Assembly (NCBI GenBank): GCA_039621445.1
Contig: CP154954.1
Location: 32,202,012 to 32,266,011 of the forward strand
Origin: Euglena gracilis
Lineage: Eukaryota
Direction: 5' to 3'
DNA: 64,000 nt
The translations under genes were made by a program, and so were the position numbers. The stretch's first letter is position 1, and each line of letters begins with the position of its first letter. The notes under the pieces are model-generated. The model worked only from the letters and a program-made list of their open reading frames with translations. It had not been told where the DNA came from and made no database searches. Below are positions 11,601 through 22,668 of the stretch, piece by piece.

Positions 11601-14600
11601 GGTCCACCACGAAGAAAAGAAAGCCCGTCTTCTTCCGCCGTCGCCCAGCCTTCTTCTTCCCCACACCACACCCGTCGTCGTCATCACGGGGGGGAGTATG
11701 ACAAGCACCGCCCGGGGCAGGTACCTCTCCTCGTCAAACGCCACCTCCACCCGGCCGTACAGCTCCGCGTCGTCGTCCTCCAGCTGGAGGGGGACAATGC
11801 CACGGGGGCAGGGGACAGGGGAGGTGGCACATAACCATTCCAACCATAGATGCACTGGTGCCCCCCCCCCCCCCCCGGGGCGGCACGTTTCCCCCGGGGC
11901 CAAACCCACCCATCCATCCACCCACTTGTCTCAAAAACCCACCCACCCACAATCCCCCTACGGGGGTCAACCACCCGCCCACCCACCCAGAATCCAGCCA
12001 AAATCGCCTCAAAAACTTCTCTGACCCGGCCGTTGGCCAGGCAGAAAATCCGACCCTATCGCACCCCACCCCCAGGGGAGTCCACGGGCACAACCCACTC
12101 ACCCACTCTCGAAACTCCCCCCGGGGGGGGTCACACAAGTGTTAAATGAATCTCTGGTTCCAACCTCATTTGATGTCCCTGCCACAACTTTGACTTCAGC
12201 GACACAGACAAATTATGGATGCTCCAGAGGCCACCACTGCTTGCGAGTGCATTCGTTCGGCTGATGGGACCTTCACCATAACCCCCCCCCCAAATAACCT
12301 GACGGGGTGCCAGGCTATTGGACCCAACTTTTGCCCCTCCCCCCCCCCCCCCCCGCCAGGCTATTTGGGCCCTTTTCTCAGCGCCATAAAGGAATTTTGC
12401 CTGAAAAGGGGGTGCCAAGTTACTGGAACCAAGTTTTTTCCTCCTGCCAGGTTATCCGGCCACTGCCAGGAGCAAGGGCCCCGCCAGGTCATTTGGGAGG
12501 GAGGTTTACGATTGCTTACCGACCCCCCTGCGGGGGAGGGTCACTTTCCACTTTCAAAAAACTGGTCAATCACTTCCTGTCCCCCCCCCCCCTGGGTTAG
12601 CCACTCGGGCCAAAAACGCTGAAAATAAATGGATTTGGCCAAACCACCCCCCCAAATTTCTGGTGTCTTCGGCGCAGGGTGGCCACTTTCGGTCATTCCT
12701 GGCCACCCCCCCCCCCCCCAAGGTCAAACAGCCCCCCGGGGGGGGGGGGTTGCTCGGACACCTTAAGCCATGGTACGGGGGGGGGGGAGACAACATGGAT
12801 CCTCAAAAATGATGCAAAAAAAAGCACAAATGAACACAAATAATGCAGAAACCGCAATTTGCATGCGTTGTCCGTCAGGAGCTCCCCCGGGATGTACATT
12901 TTCTGCTGGAGAGGATTTTTTCACCTCTGCGGGGTATTTTCATAAAAATATGCAGTTTTATTGACCAAAAATGCAAAAAAGACAGGAATTTGACAAAAAT
13001 TTTGTTCCCATGGGAAATTGGGGCCGAAATGAGGAATTTTCATAATCAGGAAAAAAAACGTTAACGCAAAAAAAACTGAATAACCGCACCCGGACAAACA
13101 CAAAAAGAGCCTGAAATCTTGCCAAAATTGAAAAAAAAAAAAAAAAAGAAAAAAAAAAAAAAAAAGAAAAAAAAAAACAAAAGCCCCTGTAAAAGGCGAA
13201 TTTGGCACCCACCCCTGTTTGGTAAGATCCCCACCCGCCGAACCCCCACAAGCAAACAGTGGGTGCCCCATCCTTCCGGATGAAGCTGAACCCCAATACA
13301 ATACAGTATACGATGGTTTACACATTTGGAGGGCTGCCCCAATCAGTTTGTGGCATTTCTGCTTGAAGCGGATGGCAGCGCACCTTGACCCGGGCCAGCC
13401 GCATCCGCAGCACGGCCCCCCGCCACACGGGCTGGATGCGGCGGCACGCTACCTCGGACCCCAGGAATTCCTGAAGGGGGGTCCCGCCAGCCAGCCTGCC
13501 GGAGGTGCTGACCTGGACCAGACACTCCCCTGGGGGGTCTGTGGCCCGGGTGGGAGCTGCCGGCTGGGGAAAAGGTGCTGGCTGGTTGCCCCCCCCCCCC
13601 AGGTGGTAGGGTGAGGGTCCAATCCGAAGAAATTCCTGCTCGTACCGCCGCCGCCACTCTTCCCACCGCTCCGCCGCCCGCCGCCGCCGCTCCGCCACCG
13701 CGCGGCGCACCGCCAGCCGCCCGCCCAGCCACCGGCCGATGCGCTGCCGCGCCTGCTGCTCCCGGTGGCTGCGCAGCCGCTGCTGGCGGCAGACCCCCCC
13801 CCCTGCAGAGTGCTTGGACCCGGAGCCACCGCCACCACCGCCCGGCGTCGATCCCCAGACCCGATGGGTCCCCATGGGGGTTCGGTTGGGGGTTGGGAAG
13901 GGGTCCGGCGCGGGACCCCTCCCCCCGGGGGCCCGGCTCCGGACTGCACGCACCCCGAGAAAGGTCTTTCGAGTTAAAAAAATGAAGCCTGTTGCGGAGG
14001 AGGGGGGTCGACCCCGGGGCGGACCAACTCATCTCGTCGGCAGACGGGGCGGCCTGGCCGGTACGCAACGGACGGGCGGACCACCGCCTGGTGCGGGGCG
14101 GCGTTCCAGTCCGCGTGCTGGACCACGTGCTGCGCCGCGAGCCGCACCGCCTCCTCCGCGTGGTACAGCTCCAGCTGGTGCCGGGCGGCGAGCACGCCCG
14201 CCTGACTCGGGTGGCTGTGCGACCCTGGGCATGAGGGGGAGGGGTCAAACGTTTGGCTGCCTGCCCAAATGATACGTCCGATGCGTGGCTTGGAAAGTGG
14301 AGCTGGTTTCATTTGGCCAGAGCTGGCACACTTCCGCGCAAACAATTCTCAATGGGGACCCATCTAGCCATCCTTGCGCCTCCCAGGGAACCTAGTCGGG
14401 AGTCCATGGTGCTGCGGCACACCGGACGAGGTCGGGGGCGGCAGCCGCTGCAGCTCCGCCTTCTGCGCCTGGCGCTGGGCGTGCTGCTCCCGCCGCTGGG
14501 CGGAGCGGGGCCAGGGGCTTGGCCAGCGGATCCCGGCCCGATCATCCTCGCTCCACTGGAATCATCAATATCAAAGAATCCTGCCCATTTCGGCAACTGC

Positions 14601-15702
14601 ATCGATTAGACTGATCTTGCTGTGCTTTATCTTTTCGTGATGTACTTGCACATGATAAGTGGGGACGTTGTTCAACCACATGGTGCGGCACTTCATCCCA
14701 ACACAAATCCAGAAGGCCGAATCACCGCCATGAATATCTGATGAGGAAATTGAAGAGGAAACGGGAAATATGACCGTGTATGGCTGCATAAAAGCAGAGT
14801 GGGATAATTTAACCACACATTGCCAACCTAGATGCATTTCACCTTTAAGGGCAGCAACAGGATCTTTGAGGGTAGCACAGGACATTTGCTCCTTGTAATA
14901 AAGCTGATTGAGTTTGCGGTTGGCTAATTGAAGCCAAAAACGAATTGAAGGAAATGGGTATGAGCTGGGGCTTTTTTTTATATACCAAATCGTTGATTGT
15001 CTGTTTAATTAAAGTGCGATGTTAATACTATTGGCAAGCTCGTCAATCAAGGCAAAAATAAACTCAGACACCAAATGGAGGCATACATTGCTGCCTGCCG
15101 AGGAAACCGGCCAACAACCAAAGGCCCCCAGGCAAGCCCCTCGGGCACATCGCATCGAACGTCCGCAGCCGCCAGGCCTCCGGGCCGAGGCTGCGCTGCA
15201 GCGGGTGTCCCACCACCCCGCCGGGGGTCGGGGCAGGCATTGCTTTTTTTAAGTCGCCTTTCTAACCCTTCTGAAGCTGATAAGAAATCATTGTTGGCAA
15301 AACTTTTCTCCAACCGAGCAAAAATTCGAAAACCCTCGGCAAAAAAAATAACCAACTCCGGGGAAAATAATTTCTGGCGTCACTGGGAAGTTGTATTTCC
15401 ACCCCGACTCAAAAAAACAGGAGGTTTCCACTTGTGATTTTGGACCCCATTCGACTCCCGGACGGGTCATGGATGGATTTAATAAATTTAATTAAAAATA
15501 AATAAATTTAAAAACACTTAAAATATTTGAAAATTTCCACCTCAAAACATAATGCCTGGTTTGGGGCGGCGGGTAGGTGGGCCCCGCCCGGAGGATGGGC
15601 CCCCAGGCCGGGGTGGGCGGGGCCCCGCCGGGCTGGGGCTGCAGCAGCACTGCGGGCAGCGGCAGGTTGTGGTCGAAGCACGGGGGCAAGGCGGGGGGGG
15701 GT
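5620..15702 (-). CDS. Spliced IQ-motif (calmodulin-binding) protein; C-terminal part resembles LRRIQ1-type proteins
   Basis: Exons ~15562-15702, ~15130-15228, 14423-14555, ~14010-14224, 13642-~13849, 13384-13455, 11709-11783, 11367-~11580 and ~5620-5813. IQ-like motifs are RVQALCRG..CR and ACRRIQPVWRGAVLRMRL. These are followed by acidic LEDDDAELYGRVEVAFDEERYL and C-terminal AEEWG...LPPEKRLEAL. Several GT-AG junctions are phase-consistent. The LRRIQ1 likeness is from recall only. Confidence 0.7.
6894..7011. repeat. Perfect 59-bp tandem duplication
   Basis: aattttgtcttcctagcaaaccacatggcaggttgaagcaattgtgctttggtgccaag occurs twice. Confidence 0.9.
8690..10627 (+). mobile_element. Partial copy of a non-autonomous Harbinger-like element; inverted homologue at 51981-56815
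   Basis: Long reverse-complement similarity to ~51981-53120, ~54920-54983 and ~55665-56290. It ends in GAAAAGTGCATTCCCGGCCGTT followed by TAA and carries recurrent GAATGCGCA-NN-TGCGCATTC palindromes. Left end not found. Confidence 0.75.
12291..12505. mobile_element. Small MITE with ACCCCCC...GGT ends; inverted copy at ~21615-21837
   Basis: Shared internal sequence (gccaagttactggaacc, ccgccagg-tatttggg) in opposite orientation; TA-type flanks. Confidence 0.65.
13456..13641 (-). other. Nonconventional intron formed by a hAT-like MITE (13462-13638), immediately upstream of an IQ motif
   Basis: The minus-strand intron starts GAG-CAG and has CAGGAATT...AATTCCTG inverted ends. Flanks are CTCGGACC(C) and CTCGTACC. 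Removal gives WEEWRRRY|EVACRRIQPVWRG. The interior shares the CCAGCCAGCACCTTTT motif with free MITEs. There is one extra base at the 3' end, possibly a homopolymer error. Confidence 0.75.
15229..15561 (-). other. Probable nonconventional intron formed by a MITE (15234-15558)
   Basis: CAGGCATT...AATGCCTG ends with flanks GGTCGGGG / GTTTGGGG. The minus-strand intron starts AAC-CAG. It sits between two GC-rich exons; the joined frame is ambiguous. Confidence 0.6.
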
Positions 15703-16239
15703 CTGGGGAGGTTGGGTTCAGCCAAATGGGCCAGTGAAGGGGGGGAGCCAACCCTGTTTGCAACCAGGTGGGCCAAAGTGGGGGAAGAGAGCAGCCTCGG
15801 AGTGGAATTGCAGGGCAACCCCCCTCCTGCTAAAATGGCAACCGAGGGGCCAGGAGGCCGGGGTTGATGAGTATGGACACGCTGATCAACTTCTCATCGT
15901 GTCATGATGGTTGGCCAAATCGGGGAATGGGTGACGTAGGAAGCCGTTCGCACTGGACCTTCGAGGGGAGACAAACCGAACCACGACTGTCTCGCGCTCG
16001 TCCTCAAAGAAACCCTCGGCACCCCCACCTTGCTGACATAGTCACATAACCAACAGACAGCCAAAGGATGGGCGGCACAGTCTGGTGGATGTGCAACACC
16101 GCCTGGTGGATGTGCGTCACCATCTCTTAACTGTCTGTCACATGTAAGTCACTGTCCAATGGATATGTGCCACCGTCCAGTGGATGTGCATCTCTATCCA
16201 ATGGATATGCCTCACCACCTGGTGGACATGTGTCACAGT

Positions 16240-16533
16240 CATACCATTGCAGAGCACCTGTCCTGCCCCACCCCCAGGGGGGTGACTGACTGGTTTTCCG
16301 GCCCAGAGCCACCCCCCCCCTGGGGGGGGTGGGGTAGGCCTGAAAATGAAAAGTGGCTGGCCTGGCGCCGAAGGCGCCGGATTTTTTGACAACATTTCAT
16401 TGCCTCCTGAAGCGTGGCCGATCCCCCCGGGGGGATAAAGTGACTGATTGGTTTTTTTTCAGAAAAAATGACTGATTGGTTTTTCAGAGTGGAAAGTGAC
16501 CGCCTCCCCAGGGGGTCGCTAAGCAATGGTATG
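16240..16533. mobile_element. hAT-like MITE with a perfect 8-bp TSD
   Basis: GTCACAGT | CATACCATTGC...GCAATGGTATG | GTCACAGT. Confidence 0.85.
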
Positions 16534-16896
16534 GTCACAGTCTTGTGGCTGTGCGTCACTGTCCAGTGGATATGTGTCACTGTCCGATGGATGTACATCA
16601 CCGTCCCGTGGTTGTTTTTTTTTGCATCACGGTCCGGTGGATGTGCGGCACCGTCCGGTGGATGCACCACCGTCTGGTGGTTGTGCATCACCGTCTGGTG
16701 GATGTGTGTCACCGTTTTGTGTTACCATCCGGCGGATGTGCGTCACTGTCCAGTGGATGTGCGTCATTGTCCCGTGGATTTGTGTCGCCGTCTGGTGGAT
16801 GTGCTTCACCATGCGGTGGATGTGCATCACCATCCTGTGAATGTGTATTACCCTCCAGTGGATGTGCGTCACCGTCCTTCGGATGTGCGTCAGTGT

Positions 16897-17204
16897 CAGG
16901 CTTGTGCTTAGTCGGGTGCCTACCCCACGGGGGGGGGGGGGGGCTAGGGGCAGGCACCCCATAGCACCCGATCCGACCCCCCCCCCCCGGGGGGGAGTAG
17001 GGTTTTGGGGGGGGTGCTTGCCCCTAGCAGGCGCCCCCCTCCGACCCCGGCGCCGAAGGCGCCGGGGGCCCGGAAACGGCCTTTTTCAATGAAAATTTTC
17101 TGGGTCCGGCCCGGACCCCTACCCCCCCCCCGGGGGGGTGTGCCTGCTAGGGGCAGGCACCCTATAGCACCCACCCCCCCCCCCGGTCGGTAAGCACAAG
17201 CATG
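16897..17204. mobile_element. hAT-like MITE with a perfect 8-bp TSD
   Basis: GTCAGTGT | CAGGCTTGTGCTTA...TAAGCACAAGCATG | GTCAGTGT. Confidence 0.88.
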
Positions 17205-20200
17205 GTCAGTGTCCGGTGGATGTGCATCACCGTCCGGTGGATGGGCATCACCGTCCGGTGGATGTGCATCACCGTCCGGTGGATGGGCATCACCGTCCGG
17301 TGGATGTGAGTTACTGTCCGGTGGATGTGCGTTGCTGTCCGGTGGATGCGAGTCACCGTCAGGATGTGTATCACCGTCTGGGGGATGTGCGTCATTGTCC
17401 GGTGGATGGGCGTCACCATCGGGTGGATGTGCGTAAATGTTCGGTGGATGTGCGTCACCGTCCGGTGGAACTGCGTCACCGTCTGGTGCATGTGTGCCAC
17501 CGTCCGGTGGATGTTTGCCACCGTCCGGTGGACGTGAGTTACCGTCTGGTGGACGTGCGTCACCGTCCGAAGGAATATGCGCCTATGTCCGGTGGATGTG
17601 CATCACCGTCCGGTGGATGTGTGTCACCGTGCGGTGGATGTGCGTCATTGGATGTGTGTCACGGTCCAGTGGAGGTGCGTCACCGTGCGGTGGATGTACG
17701 TCACCGTCTGGTGGAGGTGCCCGGTGGATGTGCGTCACCGTCTGGTGGATGTGTGTCACCGTCCGGTGGATGTGCATTACCATCCGGTGGATGTGTGTCA
17801 CCGTCCGGTGGATGTGCGTTACTGTCCGGTGGATGTGCGTCACCGCCCGGTGGAGGTGCGTCACCGCCCGGTGGAGGTGCGTCACCGTCCGGTGGATTTG
17901 CGTCACCGTCTGGTGGATGTGTGTCACCGTCCGGTGGATGTGCATCACTGTCCGGATGATGTTCGTCGTTGGATGTGTGTCACCGTCCAGTGGATGTACA
18001 TCACCGTTCGGTGGATGTGCGTCAGTGTCCGGTGGATGTGCATCACCGTCCGGTGGATGTGCTTCACCGTCCGGTGGATGTGCGTCGTTGGATGTGTGTC
18101 GCCGTCCGGTGGATGTGCGTTACTGTTCGGTGGATGTGCGTCACCGTCCGGTGGATGTGCATCACCGTTTGGTGGATGTGCGTCACCGTCCTGTGAATGT
18201 GTATTACCCTCCGGTAGATGTGCGTTACTGTTCGGTGGATGTGCGTCACCATCCGGTGGATGTGCATGACCGTTCCGTGGAAGTGTGTCACCGTCCTGTG
18301 AATGTGTATTACCCTCCGGTGGATGTGCATCGCCGTTCTTCGGATGTGTTTCACCGTCCTTCGGATGTGCGTCACCAGTGGATGGGCATCAACGTCCAGT
18401 GGATGTGAGTTACCGTCCGGTGGATGTGAGTTATTGTCTGGTGGATGTGCGTCACTGTCGGGTGGATGGGCGTCACCACCGGGTGGATGTGCGTCACTTT
18501 TCGGTGGATGTGCGTCACGGTCCGGTGGAACTGCGTCGCCATCTGGTGCATGTCTGCCACCGTCCGGTGGATGTGCGCCGTTGGATGTGTGTCGCCGTCT
18601 GGTGGATGTGCGTCACCGTCCGGTGGATGTGCATCACCATCCGGTGGATGTGCATCACCGTCCGGTGGATGTGCGTCATCTTGCGGTGGATGTGTGCGTT
18701 GTTGAATGCGTGTCACCGTCTGGTGGATGCACGTCACCATTTGGTGGATGTGTGTCACCGTCCTTCGGATGTGCGTCACCGTCCGGTGGATGTGTATTAC
18801 CCTCCAGTGGATGTGCATCACCGTCTTTCGGATGTGCGTCAGTGTCCGGTGGATGTGCATCACCGTTTTTCGGATGTGCGTCACCGTCCGGTGGATGTGC
18901 ATCACCGTCCGGTGGATGGGCATCACCGTCCGGTGGATGTGCGTCACCTTGCGGTGGATGTGCGTTGTTGAATGCGTGTCACCGTCTGGTGGATGCATGT
19001 CACCATTTGGTGGATGTGTGTCACCGTCCTTCGGATGTGCGTCACCGTCCGGTGGATGTGTATTACCCTCCAGTGGATGTGCATCACCGTCTTTCGGATG
19101 TGCGTCAGTGTCCGGTGGATGTGCATCACCGTCTTTCGGATGTGCGTCACCGTCCGGTGGATGTGCATCACCGTCCGGTGGATGGGCATCACCGTCCGGT
19201 GGATGTGCATCGTTAGATGTGTGTCACCGTCTTTCGGATGTGCGTCAGTGTCCGGTGGATGTGCATCACCGTCTTTCGGATGTGTGTCACCGTCCGGTGG
19301 ATGTGCATCACCGTCCGGTGGATGGGCATCACCGTCCGGTGGATGTGCATCGTTGGATGTGTGTCACGGTCTGGTGGAGGTCTTTCACCGTCCGGTGGAG
19401 GTGCGTCACCGTCCGGTGGATGTGCGTCACCGTCCGACGGGTGTGCATCACTGTCCAGTGGATGTGCATCACTGTCCGGTTGATGTGTGTCACCGTCCGG
19501 TGGATGTGCGTCAGTGTCTGGTGTACGTGCGTCACCATCCGGTGGATGTGTGTCACCATCCAGTGGATGTGCATCGTTGGATGTGTGCCACGGTCTGGTG
19601 GATGTGTGTCACCGTCCGGTGGATGTGTGTCACCATCCGGTGGAGGTGCGTCACCATCCGGTGGATGTGTGTCACCGTGCGGTGGATGTGTGTCACCTTC
19701 CTTCGGATGTGCGTCAGTGTCCGGTGGAGGTGCGTAACTCTCCGGTGGATGTCGTCACCGTCTGGTGGATGTGCATCACCGTCCGGTAAATGTGAGTTAC
19801 CGTTTGGTAGATGTGAGTTACCGTTCAGTGGATGCGCATCACCGTCCGATGGATGTGTGTCATCGTCCGGTGGCTGTGCGTCACCGTCCGGTGGATTTAC
19901 ACACAATACGGTGGAGGTGCGTCACCTTCCGGTGGATGTGCGTCGCTGTCCAGTGGATGTGCGTCACCGTCTGGTGGATGTGTGTCACCGTCTGGTGGAC
20001 GTGTGACTTTGCCCAGTGTATTTGTGTCACCTTCTGGTGGATGTGCGTCACCGTCCGGTAGATGTTCATCACCGTCCGGTGGAATATGCGTCACCGTCCC
20101 GTGGATTTGCGTCACCGTCCGGTGGATGTGTGTTACCGTCCGGTAGAGGTGGGTCACCCTCCGGTGGATGTGCATCACGGTCCGCCGGAGCATGCGTCAC

Positions 20201-22668
20201 CGTCCAGTGGATGTGTGTTACCGTCCGGGTAGGTGGGTCACCCTCCGGTGGATGTGCATCACGGTCCGCCGGAACACGCGTCACCGTCCAGTGGATGTGT
20301 GTTACCGTCCGGCAGAGGTGGGTCACCCTCCGGTGGATGTGCATCACCGTCCGCCGGAACATACGTCACCGTCCAGTGGATGTGTGTCACCGTGCTGTGG
20401 CTGTGCTACACCGTCCGGTGGATGTGCGTCACCATCCGGTGGATGTGCGTCACCGTACAGTGGATGTGCATCACCATCTGTATGGATCTTAGGAGGCCGG
20501 ATTCGCATTTAAGCTTTTTTATGTTTATTTGCACATTTGCGCAAATCCCGGAATTTCTTCACTTCGGCTGTATGGCTCCGGGGGTGTTTGAAAACACGGT
20601 GACAAGAGAGTGCAAAAAATGAGCTAAATTCTGTTTTTGGCTGTGAGACCCCTGGGGCTTTGGCCAAAAATGGTGTTTTTGGTGGGTCCGGAAATGGCCT
20701 CCGCGCGTCGAAACCCCCGGGACTTTCCCGTCCAAGGGAGAAAAAAATGGCAAAAAAGCGGCAAAGGAACGGGACCTTTGCTGCCCTTGTTGCTCTTGTC
20801 GGCTGTTTTCCTGGGTGGGCCTGGATTGCCGGCGGTGTGTGTCCTGGGTGTTTGCCGGACTGCTTCGCTTGTGGCGCCTTGGTGTGGTGTTTTTGGGTTG
20901 TTTGTTAAAGCGCGGGGAGGAAGTGCTGGGGGGTGAGGGTGCGGTGTGGCCAAGCCGGCGGGAAGGACGCAGGGAAAGGAAGATAAGTGTGGGGTGTTTG
21001 GCAAGGAATGCGCAGGGGGGAAGAAATAGGGACCTCAGGGAATGAAGTTTCCCACCCTATTTACACCCGGGATCTGCACAACCAGTTTTGTGGCAAAGAA
21101 CCCGGCAGAAGAAGCCGAACCCTTAAAGAACAAATTTGTGTTTATTTGCGCAATTGCGCACCAACATAATTATGTTGGTGCGCGCATTTGCGCAAATAAA
21201 CATAATTGTGTCTTTCAAGGGTTGGTCTTCAACACCCATGAACTGATGCCGTCGGTAAACGGCGTGACAAAGGGGCCGTGACGGTGCGAACCAGCGTGCC
21301 ATCGATAAACATAATTTGGTGGGTTTGTCTCACCGTTTGTCGACGGCGTTAGCTTATGGGCGCAAATGCGCGCACAAACAAAACTATGTTTATGCGCGCA
21401 TTTGCGCCCACGAAAAAAATTTGTATTGGTGGACGCAAATGCGCACATAAACCCAAAGAAGAAGGGTGTGACGGAAACACAATTGTGAAACGCCAGCAGC
21501 AGATGTGGTTCATTTGCGCATTTGTGCCCACAAGCAACGTGATGCGCGCAAATGCGCAAATGAACCACCAATGGAGGAGTAAAAAGTGGCTTCATTTGGC
21601 CCTCCAACAGCTAACCCCCCCCCAAAATACCTTGGCAGGGCCCAAATTCCTGGCGGGGGCCGAACAACCTGGGGGGGGGAGGGGCAAAAAAGATGGTTCC
21701 AGTAACTTGGCGGGGTCCTTTTTAGGCAAAATTCTTTTACGTCGCTGAAAAAGTGGCCCAAATAACCTGGCGGGGGGACAAGGCCAAAAGTTGGTTCCAA
21801 TAACCTGGCACCTCGCCATTTTATTTGGGGGGGGGTTACCCTTTGTGGCCTCTGAATGGGTTCAACACAAATGGCCACACCGTCTCCTCCGGCACATGGT
21901 ATTATGGTGCTGTTTCTGGTCCATTGACAGGTCCCACAAAAGAGGATCTCCTGAAGGTGGGTGTGCAGCCACCCGATAACGGCACACGTCCACCGGCACC
22001 GATTATGGGATCCCAAGGGCCCTGCCGCTGGCCTGCAGCCTCGGCTCCGCTGCTGCAGCCACATAAGCTGCGGATGCTTCTGCACCCACCAGACCGGCAT
22101 CCACCTCCCCGGTGCAACAACACCGAGCTTTAGCAGCCACGTTATTCCCCGCAACCGGCGTGTGAGACTGGGGGACGACGTGGTGCCAGTGCTTGGCAAC
22201 CAGCAGCCGGAGATAGGTAGCCCTCAAACACCCGTCATTTTGGGTGCAAGGAAGTGTTGAACCTTTACCATTTGACTGGTTGCATGAAAGCGGTGGGACC
22301 CACTCCCCTCAAATTATGCACAAAAACTGGTGTGTTTTACGGTTTTCAAGGGAAAAATGGTGGAGAAAAACCAGAAAACGGACTCCGGCCCGACGCAACC
22401 CGGGTGTTTCAGGTGCCAAATTTTGACTTCTTGTAACGCAGTACTGTTGCAGAAAAGGTGTCGAACAGTCACTGGTCGTTGCACGTCGTCAATTCATTAT
22501 GTTTAGTTGCCAAAAGCATGAGGCCAAAACAACACGCCGTGTGGACCGGAGAACAGCAGTGCAAATGTCCACACGTAAGGCAGACAAATTATGGCCAGTC
22601 AGATGCCGTGTTTAAATGAATATTGCATACTACCTCTCACCACAAATTTCATCACCACATATTTTATC

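Larger units (their letters stand above)
16080..20488. repeat. 21-bp minisatellite (consensus GTCCGGTGGATGTGCGTCACC), roughly 180 units
   Basis: Seen directly. It is interrupted by MITEs at 16240 and 16897 and resumes at 44116-44227, ~44685-44729 and ~44905-44975. Confidence 0.95.

Noticed and set aside
16468-20622. 7-aa repeat proteins (RPVDVRH, SPSGGCA, TVRWMCV)
   Set aside because: All frames of the 21-bp repeat are similarly open. There are no splice signals, and MITEs interrupt the array.
20760-20900. Hydrophobic frame as the missing MFS N-terminus
   Set aside because: It has no MFS motif or splice signals and lies inside the Harbinger-like element.
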